The notes beneath the pieces were generated by a model. It was not told where the DNA came from. It did no database searches and was given only the letters and a program-made list of their open reading frames with translations. Shown piece by piece: positions 28,156-34,557 of a stretch of DNA of 40,969 bases. Numbering within the stretch: position 1 is the stretch's first letter; every line of letters begins with the position of its first letter. A program made the translations under genes and the position numbers. The stretch spans positions 1-40,969 of the forward strand of contig JAISUQ010000029.1 of the NCBI GenBank assembly GCA_031272005.1, in the 5' to 3' direction. The DNA comes from Coriobacteriales bacterium (GTDB taxonomy: Bacteria; Actinomycetota; Coriobacteriia; Coriobacteriales; UBA8131).

Positions 28156-28182
28156 CTAGTCCGCCTAGTCCGCCTAGTCCGC
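28156..28182. repeat. Perfect 3 x 9-bp tandem repeat CTAGTCCGC containing the rtcB stop codon
   Basis: Copies lie at 28156-28164, 28165-28173 and 28174-28182. The third copy encodes the last two codons and the stop of rtcB (GCG GAC TAG on the minus strand). Confidence 0.9.
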
Positions 28183-29382
28183 TGCCTTGAAGTTGTAGAT
28201 GGGGCGGATGCGCTGGAGGATCTCAGCGGTGGGGCCAATCTGGCTGACGATGCTGTCCAGGCTCTTGTAGGCCATCGGCGCCTCGTCCAGGGTGGCCCGG
28301 GCCACGCAGGTGGTGAAGATGCCAGCCATCTGGGCGCGGTATTCATCCATCGTCAGTTGGCGCTTGGCGGCCATCCGGCTCATCAGGCGTCCGGCGCCAT
28401 GCGGGGCGGAGCAGTTCCACTCGGCGTTGCCCTTACCGGTGCAGATCAGCGAGCCGTCGCGCATGTTGATGGGCACCAGCAGCTTCTCTCCCGCCTTGGC
28501 CGACACGGCACCCTTGCGCAGAATCATCGCTTCGGTGTCGATGTAGTTGTGGATGGTGGTGAAGGCATCCACCCGGGTCAGCCCCAGGCCGCTGAGCATG
28601 ACATCGACCATCGCCTGGCGGTTGAGCACAGCGAAGCGCTGGATGATGCGCATATCGTGGAGATAATCCTCGAACAGCTGCCCGGTGGCGTAGGCCAGGT
28701 CCTTGGGCAGCGTCACCCGTGCGGCGGCTTCGGCACGCAGGCGTTGGATGGTCTCCGCAATCTCCTGCTGGCGACCGGCAGCCTTGAGTTGCTCGATGGC
28801 CTCGGCCAGCTGGTGCTTGGCACTGCCACCCAGCGAGTTGAAGGCCTCGGCCTGGTAGTGCTTGGCCACCTCGTTGCCCAGGTGGCGGCTGCCGGAATGC
28901 ACAACCAGGAACAGCCGACCGTCGTCGCTGCGGTCCACCTCGATGAAGTGGTTGCCGCCGCCCAGCGTGCCGATGCTCTTGCGGGCGCGGTCGAGGTTCA
29001 TCTCCTTGACGCAGCGCAGTTGGTCAAGGTCAATCTCGTCAATCAGCTCATGCGGTTGCTTGCGTACGCTGAAGCCGCTGGGGATGCTTTGGCGGATAAG
29101 TGCGTCCAGCTCGGCGAAGTCGATCTCATGCTCGGCCAGCTCGACTGTCTCCATGCCGCAGCCGATGTCCACGCCTACCATGCCAGGCACGATTTTATCG
29201 GAGATGGTCATGGTGGTGCCGATGGTGCAGCCCATGCCGGTATGGACATCGGGCATGATGCGGATTTGGCTATCGGCGAACTCCGGCTGGTTGCAAACGG
29301 TTTGGATCTGCTGGCGAGCCGAGTCTTCCAGCTCGTCGGTGTAGCAGATTGCTGTGTTGTGTGTGCCTGTAATCTCAATCAT
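28174..29382 (-). CDS. rtcB: RNA 3'-phosphate/5'-OH ligase RtcB
   Basis: 402 aa. MPDVHTGMG, GGGNHFIEV, HSGSRHLG and the nucleotidylation-site SAPHGAGR motifs. A GAAGGAG RBS is present. Confidence 0.92.
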   Translation of the reverse strand: MIEITGTHNTAICYTDELEDSARQQIQTVCNQPEFADSQIRIMPDVHTGMGCTIGTTMTISDKIVPGMVGVDIGCGMETVELAEHEIDFAELDALIRQSIPSGFSVRKQPHELIDEIDLDQLRCVKEMNLDRARKSIGTLGGGNHFIEVDRSDDGRLFLVVHSGSRHLGNEVAKHYQAEAFNSLGGSAKHQLAEAIEQLKAAGRQQEIAETIQRLRAEAAARVTLPKDLAYATGQLFEDYLHDMRIIQRFAVLNRQAMVDVMLSGLGLTRVDAFTTIHNYIDTEAMILRKGAVSAKAGEKLLVPINMRDGSLICTGKGNAEWNCSAPHGAGRLMSRMAAKRQLTMDEYRAQMAGIFTTCVARATLDEAPMAYKSLDSIVSQIGPTAEILQRIRPIYNFKAAD

Positions 29383-29420
29383 CTCTTTCTCCTTCTCAGT
29401 GGCTGCGCCACTTCGTCATT

Positions 29421-29507
29421 TGGTGGGTCGGGGTGGAATTGCACCACCGGTGTTTCTGATGTCACGGGTTTACAACCCGCTGCCTTCGCTGCTCGGCGCA
29501 CCGACCC
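29421..29507 (-). tRNA. tRNA-Tyr(GTA) candidate, class II (87 nt, CCA encoded), with non-canonical features
   Basis: Perfect 7-bp acceptor stem GGGTCGG/CCGACCC, A73 and CCA. Anticodon arm GCGGG-TTGTAAA-CCCGT. T arm GGTGG-TGCAATT-CCACC has G where U55 is expected. By hand fold there is an extra nucleotide before the D stem and a weakly paired long variable arm. Confidence 0.6.
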
Positions 29508-29511
29508 AGAT

Positions 29512-29588
29512 TGGCACTCGCGGCTGGACTCGAACCAGCGACACGCGGCTTCGTAGGCCGCTGCTCTACTCCGCTGAGCTACGCGAGT
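29512..29588 (-). tRNA. tRNA-Arg(ACG), 77 nt, CCA encoded
   Basis: Hand-folded cloverleaf: ACTCGCG-TA-GCTC-AGCGGAGTA-GAGC-A-GCGGC-CTACGAA-GCCGC-GTGTC-GCTGG-TTCGAGT-CCAGC-CGCGAGT-G-CCA. Confidence 0.88.
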
Positions 29589-29596
29589 GTGCTAAC

Positions 29597-29631
29597 AAAA
29601 AAGCCCCGTCTGCCAGGCTGACAGACGGGGC
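29597..29631 (-). terminator. Rho-independent terminator (minus strand) just upstream of the tRNA genes
   Basis: 10-bp GC-rich stem GCCCCGTCTG/CAGACGGGGC with a 9-nt loop, followed on the minus strand by TTTTTT (29602-29597). Confidence 0.75.
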
Positions 29632-29878
29632 TTACGTAGCAGAATCCTCTGAACGACTTAGTCAGCGCATGGCAAAATATACCGCTCGCAGCGGTAACCT
29701 TTCCGGTTATTGAATGGCAATAAGCCTTGCGCGTTAATCATCATCCTGCTTCCTTTCCGGCGGCATATCCTACGGCATCCATGCCTGTGTGTCAAGCCCC
29801 GGTTTCGGTGGTGCCGGTTTACGGCGATCACGTGATGGGACGTGATGGGTATATTCTGGCTTTCGGTTCTCGGGCTCT

Positions 29879-30283
29879 CTAAGCAACGCCGAGTTTTTGT
29901 TTCAGGGCTTCCTGTAAGGTTGCGGAGAAATTGATGTGTGCTGACTCTGCTTCCATGTTCAACCAGCTGGGGATAGTCACGCTCTTGCGTACCGAGCGGT
30001 TTTCTATTCGGGCACGGTAGACGTCAAAATCCACCAATACCAGCGCTTTTTCCTGATTCTTTGTCAGCTTTATCTTGGATGGTGGCGTTGGCGCAGGTAC
30101 AACCTCGCCTCTGTCCTGGGCGTCAACGCCAGCCAATTCGATATAGTCTTGAGCCATGAACAGCGCGTCTTCCAGGCTGGTGCCTTGCGTATAGCCATCG
30201 AAATCCGGGATATAGACAAGATAGGGCACCGGGTCGCTGGCGTTGTATTCCAAGACTACTGTATAGACATGCTTGCCGTTCAT
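29879..30283 (-). CDS. hicB: HicB-family antitoxin
   Basis: The start MNGKHVYTVVLEY has a GGAG RBS. YLVYIPDFDGYTQGTSLEDALFMAQD is the HicB RNase-H-like fold. The C-terminal part is RHH-like. It lies directly downstream of hicA. Confidence 0.8.
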   Translation of the reverse strand: MNGKHVYTVVLEYNASDPVPYLVYIPDFDGYTQGTSLEDALFMAQDYIELAGVDAQDRGEVVPAPTPPSKIKLTKNQEKALVLVDFDVYRARIENRSVRKSVTIPSWLNMEAESAHINFSATLQEALKQKLGVA

Positions 30284-30317
30284 GGCTACTCCATTCTCGC
30301 GCAACATCTATCTGCTG

Positions 30318-30491
30318 CTATTTCAAACCCCATTTGTCAATCAATCCTCTTGCCAGTCTCTCGTTGATTTCGGAGTGGCGGGGGATTTGTTCCGTGTTCT
30401 CTCCATCAGACCAAATCTCATGGCTTCTGCCCTCGCGTTGCAGATGCCATCCGTTATTGCGAAACAGCCTGACAAGCTCCCGGTACTTCAC
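30318..30491 (-). CDS. hicA: HicA-family mRNA interferase toxin
   Basis: GTG at 30491 lies 5 nt after AAGGAG and gives (M)KYRELVRLFRNNGWHLQREGRSHEIWS...IPRH, typical of ~58-aa HicA. Confidence 0.8.
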   Translation of the reverse strand: MKYRELVRLFRNNGWHLQREGRSHEIWSDGENTEQIPRHSEINERLARGLIDKWGLK

Positions 30492-30577
30492 AAATCTCCT
30501 TTCACAATGATCCAGTATACGTATTAAATACGTATTATTCAAGAGCTTGCGGGCTTGGCAGTATGTTGCGGGTCTTC

Positions 30578-30628
30578 CTTTGGATTACTGGGACAAGCCC
30601 GGTAATGACAGGGGAGTGAACTGTAACG
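30578..30628 (+). repeat. Copy A of a ~50-bp hairpin-containing repeat flanking the phd-vapC cassette
   Basis: CCTTTGGATTACTGGGACAAGCCCGGTAATGACAGGGGAGTGAACTGTAAC. 9-bp stem ATTACTGGG/CCCGGTAAT with one T-G wobble. Confidence 0.8.
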
Positions 30629-30672
30629 TCCAAACAGTGTGCCGCCAGCTGGCGCTGGCTCCTTGCGCAAGC

Positions 30673-31071
30673 TCACTCCGGCAGCAGCCGGAGGCCATCC
30701 TGGCGGTAGGCGCCAAAGCGGCTGTCCATCGAAAGCAGGGTCATCCTCTGCTGAATGGCCTGCCAAATCAGCAGACGGTCAAACGGATCCGGATGGCGTT
30801 GTGGCAGTTGGTAGGAGCTTATCAGCAAGTCGTTGTCCAGAGGCAGACAGCCCAAGAAGCTGCGCTGGCACTCGTCAGCAAATTCCTCGGGCTTGAGCGG
30901 ACCCAGGCTGAGCTTGCCCAAGCCATACTTGACGGCAATCTCCCAGAGGCTGACCGCGCTGTAGTATATGCTGTTATTCTCGTCTTCGATTAGCTTGTGG
31001 ATGTCTTTGGCATTTTTCGCTGGTTCAAGAAACCACCGCAGAAGGATATGGCTATCGACGAGCAGGTTCAT
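30673..31071 (-). CDS. vapC: PIN-domain ribonuclease toxin VapC
   Basis: MNLLVDSHILLRW...SAVSLWEIAVK...PDPFDRLLIWQA...LLSMD carries the PIN acidic residues. 20-nt overlap with the upstream antitoxin gene. Confidence 0.85.
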   Translation of the reverse strand: MNLLVDSHILLRWFLEPAKNAKDIHKLIEDENNSIYYSAVSLWEIAVKYGLGKLSLGPLKPEEFADECQRSFLGCLPLDNDLLISSYQLPQRHPDPFDRLLIWQAIQQRMTLLSMDSRFGAYRQDGLRLLPE

Positions 31072-31306
31072 AGCCGCACAGCTCCTCGTCGGTCATCTCC
31101 CAATCGTCGGCAAACACCAACTCGCCTCTATCCGCCAACGTGCCGGCAATGCGCGGCTGGCGTTTCTTCCAAGCCTCATAAGGCACCAGCACGCCTACTG
31201 GCTCCCTGCGCTGCCCGGAAGTGATGATATACTCGTTGCCCGCCCTGACATCCTTAAGTATTGCCGAGAAGTTAGCCTTGGCCTCAGCAACCTGCACGCT
31301 GCCCAT
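31052..31306 (-). CDS. Phd/YefM-type antitoxin
   Basis: VQVAEAKANFSAILKDVRAGNEYIITSGQRREPVGVLVPYEAW is a typical Phd/YefM N-terminal domain. Confidence 0.8.
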   Translation of the reverse strand: MGSVQVAEAKANFSAILKDVRAGNEYIITSGQRREPVGVLVPYEAWKKRQPRIAGTLADRGELVFADDWEMTDEELCGYEPARR

Positions 31307-31346
31307 TGCAGCTCCCTTCTTTAATTCTCAGAGGATTCCCAATATA

Positions 31347-31375
31347 AGATACTTGACCAACTTGGTCAAGTATCT
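31347..31375. promoter_or_regulatory. Perfect 29-bp palindrome upstream of phd-vapC (candidate autoregulatory operator)
   Basis: AGATACTTGACCAA-C-TTGGTCAAGTATCT has 14-bp perfect arms and contains a TTGACC -35-like hexamer in both orientations. It lies 41 nt upstream of the phd ATG. Confidence 0.6.
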
Positions 31376-31561
31376 AGGCGCTGTTATGTCGTCATTAAGC
31401 GATATTGACACAACTTATCAAGCGAAATGTCAATACCGCACCAACCGGCACTTCGCTGCAGCGTCTGCGGCGGCGGTCGCCCCCGCCCACCACTCAGTGC
31501 ATCCCCCAGTCCGTCATTGCCGGACTTGTTCCGGCAATCCAGTGGCAATGCTGCGAGTCCA

Positions 31562-31614
31562 CCCTTGGATTACCGGGTCAATCCTGGTAATGACGAACGG
31601 GTGTTAACTGTAGT
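31562..31614 (+). repeat. Copy B of the ~50-bp hairpin-containing repeat
   Basis: CCCTTGGATTACCGGGTCAATCCTGGTAATGACGAACGGGTGTTAACTGTAGT. 9-bp stem ATTACCGGG/CCTGGTAAT with one G-T wobble, at a different position from copy A. Confidence 0.8.
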
Positions 31615-31680
31615 TGTTGTTACGAGTGTTTGCTGGTCTATAATTGGCATATTGTTGACGGGGCGCTTTCTGGTTTATGG

Positions 31681-34557
31681 ATGGGTGTTATGGCTGGTGG
31701 TTTGGCAGGGATTCTTGAGGCTGTGGCGGCGCTGCGGAGCGGGGCGGCGGCGGCAACTGTGTCGGTTTTGGTGCCGGATGGGGGGCGGGAGCGGGCGCTG
31801 AAGGCGGCTTTGGCTGGTGGCGAAGTTGGTGCTGGAGGGGTAGCCGGCGTGGCCGGGGCGGCCGGCGAGGTTGGCGCTGGAGGGGCAGTCGGGGTAGCAG
31901 GGGTGGCCGGGGTAGAGGTCGTCACCTGGGGGCATTACTTTCAAGAGGCCTGGCAGCTGTATGGCGATGGGCGCACGGTGGCGCCGGAGCCATTGCGGCG
32001 GCGTTACCTGGCGCTGGCCTATCAGGATTTTGCGGAGACGGAGCGGGCTGGCTGGCGCTTGCCCACGCATCTGGGCGAGTTGAGTGTCGGCTTCCGGCGC
32101 GAGGTCTGCTATCTACTGGATTTTGCCTACGGGCAGCCAGCGTTGATGGCAGCTGTTGAGCAGGCTGGCGGGCAGGCCAAACCATCCGAGGTGCCACTGT
32201 TTGCGCTGCTCAACCGCTATTTTACGCTGCTGGACGCGGATGGCTTCATCGACCCGGTGGATGCCGAGCAGCAACTGGCCGCTCGGCTGCGCAATCAGCG
32301 GCTGCTGTTGGACGGCTTCGTCGAGCTGTCGCCGCGACAGGCCGGGATAATCGCAGCGCTGCAGGCCAACAACCAGGTGCACTGGGACGCTGCGGCCTGT
32401 GCAACAAACTCCCAAACCATCGCCGAAGCGTTGGACAACTTCACCGGCGAGGTGCGCCTGGGCGAGGCAGTTGGCCCGCTGGCCGAGGTACCGCTGCTGG
32501 CCGATCTTATCCAGCAGGCCATCGCCAGCGGTTGCCAGCCCGGTAGCATCGCCGTGCTGACGACCGCTGAGCATGACGCCGGCTCGGCGCTGCTGGACGA
32601 GCTTATCCGCCGGGAGATACCCTTCGCAACCAGCGTCAGCGTGCGCTTGGCGGCCACACCGTTGGGCACAGCGTTCCTGGCACTGCTCAAGGCGCTGCAG
32701 CCGGATGGCGTGCCGGCTGCCAGGCAGCTTTCCGAGCAGCTGTTCAGTCTGTTGAGCAGCCCATATGCCGGCATATCGCGGGAGAAGGCCTGGAGAGCGC
32801 AGCGGGATTGGCGCAAGCAGCGCGTGCTCGACCCAGTGCAACTGCTTGCCTCCGCCCAGGCCGCCTTGGGGGAGAGAAGCGAACTGGTCAGCCTGGCACG
32901 CAGCGTGACTGGCGAGTTGGTAGGCGAGGCCTGGCTCACAGCGCAACGGGAGCTGCTCAACCAGTTGTTCGCCAACGGGCGGAGCAGTAACCGCCGCAGC
33001 GAGGCCGAGTTGCAGGATGACTTCGCGGTGCTCCAGGCCGCCTACGCCTTTGCCGAGCAGGTCGCCGCAACGCGGGGATACTGCTCGTTAGCGGATTTGG
33101 CGGAGATACCGGTGACCCTGAATCGCTCCTACCAACCATCTGCAGCTGACTCCTGCAGCGGGTCTGTGCAGTTGCTGCCACCGCAAGACCTCAGTTATCA
33201 AAGCTATGATGCTATCATCATCGGCAGTTTGAACGCCGATAGCTTCCCGATGAGTCAACGCGAACGCCCGCTGGACGGGCTGCTGACCCGCATGCTTGGC
33301 CAACCGGTCAAGCCCCGCACGGCCGACGTTCAGCGCACATTGCTGGCCCACATGCTCCAGGCGGCCGGCCGGCAGTTTGTCGCCTATCGAATCACCACCG
33401 AGGCCACAGGCGACAAAAGCCGCTCCAGCGCGCTTTGGGATGAGCTGCTGGACGCCCTGGCCAAGGCTGGCCTCCAGCCAGCCACCAGCCGTATCTACGA
33501 GTACGACTACATGCTGCAACAGGCCAACCCGGCCACCCTGGGTACCGCCCGGCGTTTCGACCGCGGCATCTTGGCTGCCAGCCCATCGGCCGCCGATCCA
33601 TCGGCCGCCGATCCATCGGCCAACAGCGACGCAGGCCAACTCGCCAGCTTGATGCCGGCGGTCTTCTCGGTCACCGAACTGGAGGCTTACCTGGCCTGCC
33701 CCTACAAGTGGTTCGTCAGCAGGCGGCTGAAAACCGATGAGATCGACAAGAGCCTGGATGCCCGGGACAAGGGCACTTTTTGCCATGAGGTACTCAAGCA
33801 GTTCTACAATAGCTTGATAGCACAAGGCCATCAGCGGGTGACCGAGGATAACCTCCCGCAGGCGCTGGAGCTGCTGCCGGAGACCTTCCGGCAAACGCTG
33901 GAGGCAGCCCTGGCGGGTGCTGGGGCGTGGGAGGGTCATCCTCTGGTTTTGGCCAACCCCAGCGAGCAGGCGGCCATCAACAGCCTGTTGCCCGGCCTGC
34001 TCGCGCTCATCGAACGTGACGCCAGCTTCCTGCCGGGCTATCATCCAGCCCACATGGAGTACAGAATCAGCAAAGAGGAGCCCATTGAATATGCAGGCGT
34101 GCAGGTCAACGGGATAGTCGACCGTATCGACGTCAACGCCGATGGGCGGGCGGTGGTGCTGGACTATAAGATGCCCAAAAGCCTCAGCGACTACGGTATG
34201 AAAAAGGGCGCCACCTTGCCTATGTATCTACAAGGCGCCATCTATGCCCGCCTGATACAGCGGCAGTTGGAGCTGGTCCCCACGGCGGCTCTGTATCGCT
34301 CCTACACCGCTGTCTCAACGCGGGGAGTCTATTCCAGCGCGCTGATCGACCCGGAAGACAAAGCCCTCCTCAGCGCGCAGGGGCTGGGCAAATATGATGC
34401 CAGCAGCGATTTCTCCGCTTTATTAGATGCGGTGGAGGAGAAGGTGGCGACGGCGATGGAGCGGTTGCAGGCCGGCGACATCGCGCCGGCACCGGCATAT
34501 CAGAAGGCCTGTAGCTATTGCCCGGTTGCGACCTTCTGCCCGGAGAGGAGGGGCTGA
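31681..34557 (+). CDS. addB: AddB/RexB-like helicase-nuclease subunit (PD-(D/E)XK nuclease with Fe-S cysteines; no recognisable P-loop)
   Basis: C-terminal VNGIVDRIDVNADGRAVVLDYK nuclease motif. The cysteines ACPYKW plus CSYCPVATFC (C-x2-C-x5-C) match the AddB iron-sulfur pattern. It is paired with a UvrD/RecB-type partner. The start is uncertain (31630 TTG, 31681 or 31690 ATG). Confidence 0.75.
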   Translation: MGVMAGGLAGILEAVAALRSGAAAATVSVLVPDGGRERALKAALAGGEVGAGGVAGVAGAAGEVGAGGAVGVAGVAGVEVVTWGHYFQEAWQLYGDGRTVAPEPLRRRYLALAYQDFAETERAGWRLPTHLGELSVGFRREVCYLLDFAYGQPALMAAVEQAGGQAKPSEVPLFALLNRYFTLLDADGFIDPVDAEQQLAARLRNQRLLLDGFVELSPRQAGIIAALQANNQVHWDAAACATNSQTIAEALDNFTGEVRLGEAVGPLAEVPLLADLIQQAIASGCQPGSIAVLTTAEHDAGSALLDELIRREIPFATSVSVRLAATPLGTAFLALLKALQPDGVPAARQLSEQLFSLLSSPYAGISREKAWRAQRDWRKQRVLDPVQLLASAQAALGERSELVSLARSVTGELVGEAWLTAQRELLNQLFANGRSSNRRSEAELQDDFAVLQAAYAFAEQVAATRGYCSLADLAEIPVTLNRSYQPSAADSCSGSVQLLPPQDLSYQSYDAIIIGSLNADSFPMSQRERPLDGLLTRMLGQPVKPRTADVQRTLLAHMLQAAGRQFVAYRITTEATGDKSRSSALWDELLDALAKAGLQPATSRIYEYDYMLQQANPATLGTARRFDRGILAASPSAADPSAADPSANSDAGQLASLMPAVFSVTELEAYLACPYKWFVSRRLKTDEIDKSLDARDKGTFCHEVLKQFYNSLIAQGHQRVTEDNLPQALELLPETFRQTLEAALAGAGAWEGHPLVLANPSEQAAINSLLPGLLALIERDASFLPGYHPAHMEYRISKEEPIEYAGVQVNGIVDRIDVNADGRAVVLDYKMPKSLSDYGMKKGATLPMYLQGAIYARLIQRQLELVPTAALYRSYTAVSTRGVYSSALIDPEDKALLSAQGLGKYDASSDFSALLDAVEEKVATAMERLQAGDIAPAPAYQKACSYCPVATFCPERRG

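Noticed and set aside
27988-29556. 522-aa plus-strand ORF
   Set aside because: It runs antisense through rtcB and across both tRNA genes and the repeat-rich spacer. It has no motifs. RtcB on the minus strand is unambiguous.
29421-29588. tRNA genes as the integration site of a classical integrase-bearing genomic island
   Set aside because: No integrase or recombinase gene is present, and I could find no direct repeat of either tRNA 3' end in the window. It is therefore reported only as a compositional mosaic.
30547-30993. 148-aa plus-strand ORF and the 31427-31801 ORF, which share a PLDY..PGND peptide
   Set aside because: The shared peptide is just the translation of the ~50-bp DNA repeat. 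The rest of the first ORF is antisense to vapC and the second overlaps the addB start region.
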